A DNA stretch of 64,000 nt. Source: Candidatus Velthaea sp. GTDB lineage: Bacteria > Vulcanimicrobiota > Vulcanimicrobiia > Vulcanimicrobiales > Vulcanimicrobiaceae. The stretch is from contig CBDCCS010000016.1 in assembly GCA_965214935.1 (NCBI GenBank), forward strand, positions 32,001-96,000, in the 5' to 3' direction. Position numbers and translations under genes: made by a program. This document shows positions 50,876 to 60,725 of the stretch, piece after piece. Position 1 is the first letter of the stretch; each line of letters opens with the position of its first letter. The notes beneath the pieces are model-generated. The model saw only the letters and a list, made by a program, of their open reading frames with translations. It was not told where the DNA came from and did no database searches.

Positions 50876-51847
50876 TCATGAATATTTCACCCGCGGATCG
50901 AGCCACGCGTATGCGATATCTGCCAGCAGATTGAAAAACACGACGAGCAGCGATACCAGCATGAGATATCCCATGAGCAACGCGAAATCGAACTGCTGTA
51001 AGCCGTTGTAAAACAGGCGGCCCATCCCGGGCCAAGCAAAAATGTCCTCGGTAACCACCGCTCCGCCGACGAGAATCGGCAGCGACAGCGCGATGACCGT
51101 TACGAGCGGTATGAGCGCGTTCTTGAAGGCGTGTTTAAACACGATGACCCGTTGCGCGAGACCTTTGGCCGAGGCGGTTCGGATATAATCCGTTTTCACT
51201 ACTTCGAGCATCGATGAACGCATGAAGCGGCTCCACTGCGCGACATACAGCAAACTTAAGACTACGGTCGGTAAAACGAGGTGTTTTAGCCGGTCGCCCA
51301 GGTCGAAATTATCGCTGTCCGAGATACCGGCCGACGGCAATTGCACGTGGTAGCCGAACGCCGTGATGCCGTTAACTGAAAACGCGAGTTGCAGCATCAG
51401 CGCAAACCAGAATACCGGCATCGACTGCCCGAAGAATGCGAACGTCGTTACGGCATAGTCGGCAAACGAGTACGGCTTGAGCGCGGAGTAAATGCCGAGC
51501 GACACCCCGACGACGAGCGAAACAAGCATTGCTGCGCCCATGAGCGAGAGCGTCGCGGGCATTCGATCGAGAATGGCATCGAAAACCGGCATCGAGTTCG
51601 ACGTCGAATAGCCGAAATCGCCGCGCACGACCATTCCGAGCCAATGCAGATATTGAATGTAAACCGGCTGATCGAGTCCTAAATTGTGTTTGAGCCGGGC
51701 GATGTCGGCTTCGGTGATGTGCGGGTTTTGTAAGTACGGCGTTAACGGTCCGCCGGGCGCCTGACTAAGGATGCCGTACAAGATGATCGAGATGAGCAGC
51801 AGCAATGGGATATTCTGCAATGTACGACGGACGATATACGTTACCAG
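50876..51847 (-). CDS. oppB: Oligopeptide ABC permease, probable CTG start
   Basis: LGLDQP, DYIRTA.AKGL, F.WPGMG, LDPRV; GGAGG-7 nt-CTG gives the canonical xxxYIVRR N-terminus. Confidence 0.93.
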   Translation of the reverse strand: MVTYIVRRTLQNIPLLLLISIILYGILSQAPGGPLTPYLQNPHITEADIARLKHNLGLDQPVYIQYLHWLGMVVRGDFGYSTSNSMPVFDAILDRMPATLSLMGAAMLVSLVVGVSLGIYSALKPYSFADYAVTTFAFFGQSMPVFWFALMLQLAFSVNGITAFGYHVQLPSAGISDSDNFDLGDRLKHLVLPTVVLSLLYVAQWSRFMRSSMLEVVKTDYIRTASAKGLAQRVIVFKHAFKNALIPLVTVIALSLPILVGGAVVTEDIFAWPGMGRLFYNGLQQFDFALLMGYLMLVSLLVVFFNLLADIAYAWLDPRVKYS

Positions 51848-51930
51848 CGGTAGACCTCCGGGGATCCCCGTATGCGGAGCGGACCCTTTCCGGTGTTTGG
51901 AAATCGCTTCCTTTGGATTTTAGCCGAACG

Positions 51931-52773
51931 CTAGCGGGCAGAACCGACGCTAGCGGGCAGCCGCAGCAGCGCCCGCGCCTCATTCGGCGTAGCGACCGGA
52001 CGTCCCAGCTCGCCGGCGATCCGAACGATGCGTGCAACGAGCTCCTCGTTCGAGGCGAGCCGACCGCGGCTATAGTAGATATTGTCCTCGAGTCCGACTC
52101 GGACATGTCCGCCCATGGCGATCGCGGTGGCTGCGAGCGGCAATTGCATGCGCCCGATTCCGGCAACCGACCAGCTGCATCCGGCCGGCAAGGCGCGCAC
52201 GCAGTCGACCAAGTTTTCGACGCCGGCAGCCAGTGCGCCCGGCACGCCGAGCACGATATCCACGTGCTGCGGCAACGTCAGGTGGCCTTGCTTTTCAAGC
52301 AATCGCGCGTTGTCGAGATGACCGCGGTCGAAAATTTCGAGCTCGGGCGTTACTCCGTAGCGCTGCATCTGGGCGATGAGGCCGCGCATGATCGGAAACG
52401 AGTTTTCAAAGACCTCGTCACCAAAATTGACGGTGCCGCATGAAAGCGTCGCCATTTCAGGACGCAATTCGAGCGGCGCGGCGCGTTCGGCGGGCGACAT
52501 GCCGATCGCACCGCCGGTTGAAAATTGAACGATCAGGTCGCTTGCGGCACGAATGGCACGAAACGCCGCGTCGAAGCGCTCGACGGAATGCGTATTGGAT
52601 CCGTCGTCGTTGCGGCAATGCACGTGAACGATCGACGCGCCGGCAGCCCGGCAGCGTCCGGCGACTGCGCCGAGCTGCTGCGGCGTCACCGGCAAATGGG
52701 GCGTTTGGTCGGGCCGAAGTTCGCCCCCGACGGGCGCAACGGTAACGATCAGCGGGTCCATTTCCGGAGTCAT
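51931..52773 (-). CDS. kce: 3-keto-5-aminohexanoate cleavage enzyme (BKACE family)
   Basis: GASIVHVHCR, QFSTGGA, PEMATL..GT.NFG, PELEIFD, GGHVRVGLEDN. Confidence 0.9.
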   Translation of the reverse strand: MTPEMDPLIVTVAPVGGELRPDQTPHLPVTPQQLGAVAGRCRAAGASIVHVHCRNDDGSNTHSVERFDAAFRAIRAASDLIVQFSTGGAIGMSPAERAAPLELRPEMATLSCGTVNFGDEVFENSFPIMRGLIAQMQRYGVTPELEIFDRGHLDNARLLEKQGHLTLPQHVDIVLGVPGALAAGVENLVDCVRALPAGCSWSVAGIGRMQLPLAATAIAMGGHVRVGLEDNIYYSRGRLASNEELVARIVRIAGELGRPVATPNEARALLRLPASVGSAR

Positions 52774-54389
52774 TCGGGAGCCTCGGCCGGTGCTCCGTCA
52801 GCCGGCCCCGCATACAGCGTCGCGGCTCGCTCGACGATCGCTGCATCCAGACCCAATAAGCCGGCCAGAGCAAGGGCATCCGACCGGACCTCGGTTGCAA
52901 TACCGGCCACGATGATGCGGTAGTCCATCGCGTGCGCAACGGCATCGAGCGCCGCCGTGATATCGGCTGCCGCATGCGCATCAAGCGGACGCGCGAGCCC
53001 GGCGATCGTAAAGTGCGCGACGTTCGCCGCCCGAGCGACCGACTCGAAATGCGTTGCAATCAACGCGCTGGCTCGGCGGCGGGCGAGCGCTTCGACAAGC
53101 GCAACGAGCAGCGCGCAGCCTTCGCGCGGACCCGTCGTGCGCGCGAACTCGTCGACGAGAACGAGCTCGGGGCGATCGGTCGTCGCCAGCACGTCACGCG
53201 CATGCACGACCTCGGCACCAAATGCCGAAAGCAGGCGCGCCGGTTCGACAGTCGGTTCGGCGCCGATCCAAGCAACACGGGCAAACAGCGGCATCGTGAT
53301 GCGCGCCGCCGGCGGCGGCAGCCCGGCACTCGCGCACGCTGCCAAGAATCCACAAGTTGCCAGGGCGGCGCTTTTCCCACCCATATTCGGCCCGGTTATT
53401 ACGGCGACGCCGCTTACTTCGAGCGAGATTGCCGTATAATTGCGACCGGCGGCGTGTAAGGCGGCCGCCAGCGGCGCGAACGTCGCTGCTTCAAATGCAA
53501 AAACCGGTTCGCTTGCAAAATCCGGAATGCAGCCGCCCCACGTTTGCACGAAGGCGACTCGCGCCAGGGTGCAATCGAGTTCGCCCAGGGTCCGGGTGGC
53601 GAGCACGATTGCCTTACCAAGCGCCGCCACGGCAGTGCCGAGCTCGCGCCGGGCTCGCTCTTCGGCTTGCATCAGCTCGAGCAAAGCCCGATCGGTTGCG
53701 GCCGCAGCAGTAAGCGCCGGCGTATCAAGTTCGAGCGTCAACACCCGATAGGCCGGCGTTTCACGAACGACTCGGACACCGGCGGGTACGTTCGGCACCG
53801 CATCCCGCATGACGATGACGTGTTCGCCGTCCGCCGGATCGCCGCCGACGAGCGGTTCGAGAAGTTGCCGCAGGCGACGGCGTTCCGCAGTTGCCGCGGC
53901 ATCGGCAACGGCATAGCGTGCGCGTACGGCGCCGAGTGACGCGCCGAACGTGTCGGCGAGATAGAAGCTCCCGCCGAGCCGGCCGCGTGCCAGTAAGCCG
54001 GCAACCTCCGGCAGGACGGGCGGACGTCCGGACACGGGACCGCCGGCGGCATCCCAAGCGCTTGCCGTCGCATCGAGCGCGTCAGCGAACCGGAGCAACT
54101 CGAAGAAGTCGACATCATCGAGCGAATCGCCGGCGGTGGCCCGCGAAATGATGCCGGCCGGATCGGGTGCGCGGCGCAGCGCAGTCCGCGTCAACGCAAC
54201 GCCGGCCGGCTCGAGCTGTTCGGCGAGCCGGGCGATTCGCGTACATTGCGCGCGCGCGGCCGCCTCGTCACCCCGGCCGAACGGGCGCGCCGCGTCCTCG
54301 GTGCGCCGCCCGAAGTCGCCCACGGGTGCGAGCGCGGAACGCAACCAAAGCGCGCCGATACGCTCGGCCGTCGACGCATCGCAGATCAC
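52770..54389 (-). CDS. kamC: MutS domain V ATPase, KamC-like (lysine 5,6-aminomutase reactivase)
   Basis: TGPNMGGKS, LSAFGAE, VDEFARTT.P.EG, ATHF; no mismatch-binding domain; lies between a kamB-like gene and kce. Confidence 0.75.
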   Translation of the reverse strand: MICDASTAERIGALWLRSALAPVGDFGRRTEDAARPFGRGDEAAARAQCTRIARLAEQLEPAGVALTRTALRRAPDPAGIISRATAGDSLDDVDFFELLRFADALDATASAWDAAGGPVSGRPPVLPEVAGLLARGRLGGSFYLADTFGASLGAVRARYAVADAAATAERRRLRQLLEPLVGGDPADGEHVIVMRDAVPNVPAGVRVVRETPAYRVLTLELDTPALTAAAATDRALLELMQAEERARRELGTAVAALGKAIVLATRTLGELDCTLARVAFVQTWGGCIPDFASEPVFAFEAATFAPLAAALHAAGRNYTAISLEVSGVAVITGPNMGGKSAALATCGFLAACASAGLPPPAARITMPLFARVAWIGAEPTVEPARLLSAFGAEVVHARDVLATTDRPELVLVDEFARTTGPREGCALLVALVEALARRRASALIATHFESVARAANVAHFTIAGLARPLDAHAAADITAALDAVAHAMDYRIIVAGIATEVRSDALALAGLLGLDAAIVERAATLYAGPADGAPAEAPE

Positions 54390-55276
54390 GCGCGCAGCTT
54401 CGCCACGACATCGAAGACGGGCAAGCCGGTTGCCGCGGCGACGGCGTTCACGAGCGCGCGCGGATCGAGCGCGCTGCCGCCGCCGCCTGTCGATGTGGTG
54501 CATGCGACGACGTTGAGCGGGTGTTCGCAGCGCAAGTCGAGTGCGGCCGCCAACCGATCGAAGAGTTTGCCGCGTACGGCAACGCGCGTCGGATCGGCAA
54601 CGACGACGGTCAACGCCTGCCCGCGAGCCAAGAGCTCGGCGGCATCCCGCGCATCGAGCGCGCCTTCGACGACCACGACCTCGCGCCGTTCTGCAGCGGC
54701 ATCGCGGCCCCGCAGGCGCAGACGAGCGGCGGTCGAGCGAGCGAGATCGGCCACTCCGGAGACGCTTGCGCCCGCGATCGCTCCGACCGCCAGAACGATC
54801 GCTTCGCTGCCGCCTGCCAGCGGTGCAAGCCGATCGATCGCGCCGTCGACAAAGGTCGGACCGGCTGTAAGCGCAGCTAAGCGGAGGATCGTGGCACGGA
54901 CGCCGCGCGCCGTGGGCGGACCGCCGATCTCGCACTGCGTCGGATAACGCACGCGCGCAAAGACCATCGAGCCGAGCGGACCGGGTTCGCCGGTATCGAT
55001 GATCTCGAACGCCGGCGAACGCGGGATCAGCGCGCGCGGCAATGCGATAATCGTGCCGCTCTCAATGCGGATCCGCGGCTTGGGCGCGCCGTCGAGCGCG
55101 TCGGCTGCTTCGCCGTCGCGTCCAATCGAGGTAATTGCACCGGTTATCCCACGCTGGTATGCCGCTGCGCGCAAAGCGTTGAAGGTCGTGGTTTTACCGG
55201 CGTTTTTCGCCGTTCCGACGACCGCAATGGTCCGGCTACGATTCGCCAAGGCGATATCGAGCAGTGCGCCGTTCAT
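54386..55276 (-). CDS. kamB: KamB-like reactivase subunit
   Basis: VGTAKNAGKTT.FN, TSIGRDGE..D....PKPRI, VDGAIDR. Confidence 0.72.
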   Translation of the reverse strand: MNGALLDIALANRSRTIAVVGTAKNAGKTTTFNALRAAAYQRGITGAITSIGRDGEAADALDGAPKPRIRIESGTIIALPRALIPRSPAFEIIDTGEPGPLGSMVFARVRYPTQCEIGGPPTARGVRATILRLAALTAGPTFVDGAIDRLAPLAGGSEAIVLAVGAIAGASVSGVADLARSTAARLRLRGRDAAAERREVVVVEGALDARDAAELLARGQALTVVVADPTRVAVRGKLFDRLAAALDLRCEHPLNVVACTTSTGGGGSALDPRALVNAVAAATGLPVFDVVAKLRA

Positions 55277-55836
55277 GCCGAACCGAAAAATTTGAGTGCA
55301 GCGAACACGATGCCCGTTGCAATGAGGATGATGCCGGCCCAGAGCGAGGCAGCTTCTTCCATGCGCTTGCCCAGCGCTTTGCCTAACGTCAGCCCGCCCA
55401 GGGTTGCCGAAATCGACGCACCTGCAATGCAAACCACCGATACGACGAGCGGAACGCCGATAAACAAGATCGAGAAGCCGACGCCGAGCGAATCGAGACT
55501 GATTGAAAGCGCTCCGAGCACTAAGCCCCAGCCACGCGAAAGATCGAAGCCGCCGGTTTCTTCTTTGCGCGTTTCGATCACCATGTACGTGCCGACGAAC
55601 GTCAAGGCGGCAAAGCCGAAATAACCCGCCGCATCGCCGAGGTATTTACCGGCCGTTTCGCCGATGCCGACCCCGATGAGGGTCATCGCAACTTCGGCCG
55701 TCGCGAACGCAACACCGATGCGAACTTTAACGCCGATATCGGCGCCGCGAATCCCGACTCCGATGCAGACGGCAAAAACGTCGAGCCCCAGCGAGACCGC
55801 AACAAACGCGATCTTAAGAGCCGCCGCTGTCAGCAC
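55273..55836 (-). CDS. mntP: MntP-family metal efflux protein
   Basis: SLGLDVFAV and SISLDSLGVG duplicated motifs; six TM segments. Confidence 0.85.
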   Translation of the reverse strand: MLTAAALKIAFVAVSLGLDVFAVCIGVGIRGADIGVKVRIGVAFATAEVAMTLIGVGIGETAGKYLGDAAGYFGFAALTFVGTYMVIETRKEETGGFDLSRGWGLVLGALSISLDSLGVGFSILFIGVPLVVSVVCIAGASISATLGGLTLGKALGKRMEEAASLWAGIILIATGIVFAALKFFGSA

Positions 55837-55875
55837 GCAGTTAGCGGAAGCTAATCGCGCACGGGCGCGGCAGGC

Positions 55876-56280
55876 TCAATGTGTCGCGGCAACCGACAAT
55901 CGGTCGTCGAGCAAGCCTTGTACGGTCAGGCGTAACTGCGCTGCGCTGAACGGCTTGTTGAGGAATGCATCGGCACCGGCACTCTTCGAACGCGCATCCA
56001 TCGCATAATTGTTATGGCCGCTGATCATCACGATCGGAACTTTGGCGCAGGCGGGGTTGGCTCGCACTTGCGTAATCAACTCGATACCGGAAATACCCGG
56101 TAACATAAAATCGCAGATCATGATGTCGAACGGCTTATCGCGTTGAACGTGGAGCAAGGCGCTTTCCGCATCGTTGCAGATGGTAAGCTCGTATGGTCCA
56201 CGACGCAGAATCGTCTGCAGCAGGGCGCAGATTTCAACGTCGTCGTCGGCAACGAGGACACGCCAAGTTTGGGCCATCAT
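55876..56280 (-). CDS. Single-domain response regulator
   Basis: ADDD, CDFMLP, SG, NKPF. Confidence 0.9.
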   Translation of the reverse strand: MMAQTWRVLVADDDVEICALLQTILRRGPYELTICNDAESALLHVQRDKPFDIMICDFMLPGISGIELITQVRANPACAKVPIVMISGHNNYAMDARSKSAGADAFLNKPFSAAQLRLTVQGLLDDRLSVAATH

Positions 56281-56359
56281 ATCCCCTTCAATGGGTGACG
56301 GCCGTTTCCGCCCGTAAGCCAGTCAGCCGACGTGTTAATATCGCGTCACCTCGGGCTTC

Positions 56360-57127
56360 GTGACGGGCCGGCCGTGGCCGCTGGTCGTGCCCGCGGCGCT
56401 GCTGTTGCTGGCTTTAGGCGCGCCGGTGGCGGGCTTACTGCTTAGCGTCGCGCCGAGTGCCGCGTTCGATGCCCTGCGAACGCCCGAGATTAGCGGCGCG
56501 GCGCTCACGTCGCTTGCCGCAAGCGGCCTGGCCGTTATCGTTGCGCTCGTCCTCGGCGTGCCGGCGGGTTATCTCATCGCGCGCACTTCGGGGCCGCTGC
56601 GAACGGCGGGCGTGCTGGCGTGTACCTTACCGCTCGCCTTTCCACCGGTTGCTGCCGGTGTCATGATCCTGGCGATCGTCGGCAACCGCCGTCCGGTGGG
56701 AAGCTGGCTCGCCGGCCACGGGCTGCCGATCGTCGATCGCTTCGCAGGCGTCGTCATTGCCGAGTTCTTTTCGTGCGCGCCGTTTGTGGTGGTCGCCGCC
56801 GCCGCCGCCTTTAGCGAAGTCGACCTGCGGCTTGAGGAAGCGGCGCGCACGTTGGGAGCCGGAACGCTCGAAACGTTCGGGCGCATTGCGCTACCGCTGG
56901 CGGCACGCGGCATCGCTGCGGGTGCGTTACTTGCGTTTCTGCGTGCATTCGGCGAGTACGGCTCAACTGCGGTCGTTGCGTATCATCCGACCGCATTGCC
57001 GATCGCACTTTATGTTGCGCTGTCGACTGACGGGCTCGACCGCGCACTTGCAATTGCCTATTTATTCGCCGTTTTCGCCGCGTGCGGCATTATCGTACAA
57101 GCACTTATCCGAAGGCAGGCGTCGTAA
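56360..57127 (+). CDS. Molybdate/sulfate-type ABC permease (ModB-like)
   Basis: LP.AFPPV..G, EEAARTLGA, RAFGEYG. Confidence 0.85.
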   Translation: MTGRPWPLVVPAALLLLALGAPVAGLLLSVAPSAAFDALRTPEISGAALTSLAASGLAVIVALVLGVPAGYLIARTSGPLRTAGVLACTLPLAFPPVAAGVMILAIVGNRRPVGSWLAGHGLPIVDRFAGVVIAEFFSCAPFVVVAAAAAFSEVDLRLEEAARTLGAGTLETFGRIALPLAARGIAAGALLAFLRAFGEYGSTAVVAYHPTALPIALYVALSTDGLDRALAIAYLFAVFAACGIIVQALIRRQAS

Positions 57128-57149
57128 ACGGCGCGAAGGCGCGCAGTCG

Positions 57150-58034
57150 ATGATCAGCACGCAAGCGGCGCCCGAGTCACCGTTCAGCCGGCGCTTCTTC
57201 TTTTTAGCGAAACGCTTTGTCGCCGGCGAATCGGCGCAAGCAACGATGGATGCGATCGAGTCGCTCAACGCGGACGGCTTAACGACGACACTCGATTTCC
57301 TGGGCGAAGACGTTCGCGGACGCGATGAGGTGCTGCGCGTGCGCGATGAATATTGCACGCTGCTCGCCGCGATTCGCACGCGCGGCGTGCAATCGAATGT
57401 TTCGGTGAAGCTGACGGCGATGGGCCTGCTGCAAAGCGAAGCGTTCGCGATCGAAAGCGTCGAAGCGATTGCAGCCGAAGCCGCGCGCAACAGCGATCCG
57501 TTCGTGCGCATCGACATGGAGGGTTCGGCGGTCGTCGATGCGACCTTACGGGTCTTTAACGCCGTCCATAACAGCCGGCGCAATGTCGGTCCGGTACTTC
57601 AAGCGTATCTGCGGCGGACGCCCGGCGATCTGGCGACATTGCATCCGTCGGTTCGTGTGCGGCTTTGCAAAGGCGCATACAAAGAGCCGCCGGCAGTCGC
57701 CTTTCAAGACATGCCGGTCATTCGTTCGGCGTATCTGCGCTTGGCCGAGTCGCTGCTCGCGCATAGCGCCTACCCGGCTATTGCAACGCACGACGAGCGG
57801 CTTATCGAAGCGGTGAAAGCGCACGCGGCGCAAGCCCAAGTCGGCACCGACCGGTTCGAGTTTCAAATGCTCTACGGTATTCGGCCCGAACTGCAACGCC
57901 GGCTCGTCGCCGACGGCTATCGGGTACGCGTTTACGTTCCCTACGGCACGCATTGGGCCGGGTACTTCCGCCGCCGCATCATGGAGCGCCGCGAGAACGC
58001 GTTCTTCGTGCTCGGCGCACTATTTAAGAAATGA
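57150..58034 (+). CDS. Monofunctional proline dehydrogenase
   Basis: RFVAGE, SVKLT, IDMEGS, RLCKGAY, ATHD, FQMLYG, YVPYG..W..YF.RR. Confidence 0.95.
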   Translation: MISTQAAPESPFSRRFFFLAKRFVAGESAQATMDAIESLNADGLTTTLDFLGEDVRGRDEVLRVRDEYCTLLAAIRTRGVQSNVSVKLTAMGLLQSEAFAIESVEAIAAEAARNSDPFVRIDMEGSAVVDATLRVFNAVHNSRRNVGPVLQAYLRRTPGDLATLHPSVRVRLCKGAYKEPPAVAFQDMPVIRSAYLRLAESLLAHSAYPAIATHDERLIEAVKAHAAQAQVGTDRFEFQMLYGIRPELQRRLVADGYRVRVYVPYGTHWAGYFRRRIMERRENAFFVLGALFKK

Positions 58035-58050
58035 GCGCAGCATACGCAAC

Positions 58051-59538
58051 TTAATCGGCGGGCAGTTGCTCCACGCGAATCATCCGGTCAGATTCGATCA
58101 GCCGGCCGAGAACGTCGAAGCCGCGCTCGATTTCGCCGAACACGGTGAACGAGCGATTCAAGTGAAATTGCGGCGACATTGTTAAGTAAAATTGGGTGCC
58201 GGCCGAATCGCGGATCGGTGCATTGCCGGTATAGTTTAAGCCCATCGAAATGACGCCGGAACGCTGCTCGAGCGGGTTTTCCTCAGCCGGAATCGTGTAA
58301 CCGGCGTCTCCGTCGCCGTTATCGTGCGGATCGCCGGTCTGGGCGACGAAATTCGGCACGATCCGGAACCAGCGTAAGCCGTCGTAGTAGCCGCGATCGA
58401 CGAGGTTGAGAAAGTTCGCCACCGTCAGCGGCGCCCACTCCGGGTACAGCCGCACGACGATCGGACCCTTCGTCGTGGCGATCCGAACTCGCGGATGCGG
58501 GCCCCGCGCCGGGCCGTCAAGCGACGCGGCAGTGGTCAGATGCAAGGCAAGCTGCGGCGGCACGTCGGCTACGCCGGGACGCCGAACCGGGCCGAGCGCG
58601 GACGGACGTTCGAGTGGGCGGCCGCCGTCGCCGGGGTGCGCCGGCGGCGGCCGGAAACCGGCGGGAATCGCCGTCAAATGTTGGGTGCGTAAGCGGCCCG
58701 CAAGACGGCGCAACCCTTCGCGTGCCTGTTCGGCAACTCGCCACGAGCGATCGGAGCGCAGCGCGGCGATCGAACCGGCCAATCGCGGGTCGCCGCGTTT
58801 TGCAGCGACATCGATAAACGCCATGCGCACGAGTTCATCACGGTCGTGAAGTCCGGCCGCGATGACGCGCGGCGACGGCGCGAGCGGATAGGCGCGTCCG
58901 AGCGTCCAGGCCAAATGCCAGCGCACGGTCCGATTGGTTTCGGCGCTCATTGCGCGTACCACAGCAGCTCCCGCGGCGGGCGCTTGCGGCGTCGGCGGGA
59001 GCGGCAACGGCGCAAAGGCGGCAAGTGCAACGGCGGCCCTCGCGCGGACGATCGGATTGACGTCGGAACGCATTTGCGTAACGAGCGGCCCGAGCAGCTC
59101 GGCAAAGTGCTGCTGCCGCGCAGCGATTGCCCGCTGCGCGGCGTCGGCGCCGGCGGCCCGCACCGCGCTCGCCGGATCGCGTAGCGCGCGGGTCACTCGG
59201 TCCAGCGGGCACGGCAGCGCATCGCACAGTAAGCCGATACCATAGATCGACATTGCACGAACGCTCACATCGCGGCTTGTATCGAAGCGCGCGACGAGCG
59301 GCGCAAGCGCGCGCCGATCCTTGGTTCGGCCGAGGGACAATGCTGCGCGGGTAGCGCTTGTACTGTCAGGTGATTGTAAATTGCGAACGATTGCGAAGGA
59401 AAAACTTCGCGATAATTCCACTTCGATATCACGACGTTGACCGGGATCGTCGTGGTGTGAATTTGCGACCGCTGCAGCCGTCATCGACAGCATCGCGCCA
59501 AGACCGAGAATTTTTACAACCGACGCAACGACATCCAT
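58051..59538 (-). CDS. Cyclophilin-type PPIase with N-terminal HEAT repeats, secreted
   Basis: APLTVANF..L...GYYDG..RIVPNFVAQ.GDP, DSAGTQFY; HEAT-like repeats. Confidence 0.88.
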   Translation of the reverse strand: MDVVASVVKILGLGAMLSMTAAAVANSHHDDPGQRRDIEVELSRSFSFAIVRNLQSPDSTSATRAALSLGRTKDRRALAPLVARFDTSRDVSVRAMSIYGIGLLCDALPCPLDRVTRALRDPASAVRAAGADAAQRAIAARQQHFAELLGPLVTQMRSDVNPIVRARAAVALAAFAPLPLPPTPQAPAAGAAVVRAMSAETNRTVRWHLAWTLGRAYPLAPSPRVIAAGLHDRDELVRMAFIDVAAKRGDPRLAGSIAALRSDRSWRVAEQAREGLRRLAGRLRTQHLTAIPAGFRPPPAHPGDGGRPLERPSALGPVRRPGVADVPPQLALHLTTAASLDGPARGPHPRVRIATTKGPIVVRLYPEWAPLTVANFLNLVDRGYYDGLRWFRIVPNFVAQTGDPHDNGDGDAGYTIPAEENPLEQRSGVISMGLNYTGNAPIRDSAGTQFYLTMSPQFHLNRSFTVFGEIERGFDVLGRLIESDRMIRVEQLPAD

Positions 59539-59631
59539 GTGTGCGCTATCGTTAGGGACCCAACAATTACAACCATTCGGTGTTGTCGGACCGGCTCCGG
59601 CGCTACCGGCACTTCTAAGGACCGAAGGTAC

Positions 59632-59976
59632 ATGTCGACCACTGACAACGAAAAGAAATCCGGCGGCGGAATGAGCGTCCGCGAAGCCGGTCAAAAAGGC
59701 GGCGAGACCGTCAAGAAAAAATACGGCCCGGAGTTTTACGAAGCGATCGGGCGCAAAGGCGGTCAGGCGACCAAAGCCGCGCACGGGCACGCCTTCTACG
59801 AGCAAATTGGAAAGAAGGGCGGCAAGAAAGGCGGCGAAGCAACGCGCGACCGCTATGGTCCGGCGTTCTACGAAGAGATCGGGCAAAAGGGTGGCCAGAA
59901 GGTGAAAGCATTAATCGAGCAGGGCAAACGCGCGGCAGCCGACGCCGCAGCCGCAGCCGACAAGCGGGCTTCCTAG
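59632..59976 (+). CDS. KGG-repeat general stress protein (GsiB/YciG-like)
   Basis: Repeated EAGQKGG and FYE.IG.KGG. Confidence 0.9.
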   Translation: MSTTDNEKKSGGGMSVREAGQKGGETVKKKYGPEFYEAIGRKGGQATKAAHGHAFYEQIGKKGGKKGGEATRDRYGPAFYEEIGQKGGQKVKALIEQGKRAAADAAAAADKRAS

Positions 59977-60011
59977 GCGTTTTTGCAACCGTCGCGCTCG
60001 CGACGGCCGTA

Positions 60012-60656
60012 ATGACAGCGCACACCGCCGCGCGGGCGCAAACCCCCGCGGCGGCTACATCTCTGCCGATCGGCACACCGCTGACGGTGATTGCCGAACA
60101 AACCGTCGATGCTCACGTGCGCCCGTTCTCGGTATTTCGCGTGCATCTGCGCGATCCGTTGACGTTGAGCCGGACCCTCGTTGCAATTGCCGGGACGCCG
60201 GCACGCCTGGTCGTGACGAGCAAAGATGTGACGCCGATGGGTATCACGCGCTTTCACATCTCGATCATCGGACTCAACTTAGGCGTCGCAGGCACCCTGC
60301 CGGTGCGGCCCGACGTACCCGTCGTCGATGGTATCGCCGCCGGCATGCCGATTGCCGTTACAACTCTGGCAGCCGTCGCTTATGACGACGGCAAAGTCCG
60401 GGTCGAAATCCCGCTGCCGTTCAAACTTTCCGCCGAGCCGCCGAGTGCCGGCTATACGCCTCCGCCATTACGAACCGCCGCGCCGTTCGTTCCGCGTCGG
60501 CGTCCGACCCCGAAGCCGAGCGCGGTACCGACTCCGTCGCCGGCCGACAGCCCGTTGCCGGGCCAGACGCCGCCCGCAACCTCTGCATCGCCGCCCGGTG
60601 GACCGCTCGGAACGACACCGACGCCGCCGGCAAGCACGCCGCCCGCACCGTCGTAG
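60012..60656 (+). CDS. Hypothetical protein with Pro-rich C-terminus
   Basis: Open frame with host codon usage. Confidence 0.65.
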   Translation: MTAHTAARAQTPAAATSLPIGTPLTVIAEQTVDAHVRPFSVFRVHLRDPLTLSRTLVAIAGTPARLVVTSKDVTPMGITRFHISIIGLNLGVAGTLPVRPDVPVVDGIAAGMPIAVTTLAAVAYDDGKVRVEIPLPFKLSAEPPSAGYTPPPLRTAAPFVPRRRPTPKPSAVPTPSPADSPLPGQTPPATSASPPGGPLGTTPTPPASTPPAPS

Positions 60657-60725
60657 CGCCGCCCGAGGCGAAAGCGTTCGGCCGGCGACAAAAGGCACGG
60701 ACTTGTGCGCTGCGAAGGTCGCCGT

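Noticed and set aside
51928..51960. 14-bp direct repeat ACGCTAGCGGGCAG at the kce stop
   Set aside because: Only two copies; most simply a local duplication.
52770..54389. DNA mismatch repair MutS or MutS2
   Set aside because: Only the ATPase domain is recognisable, with no mismatch-binding or Smr domain; the context fits KamC.
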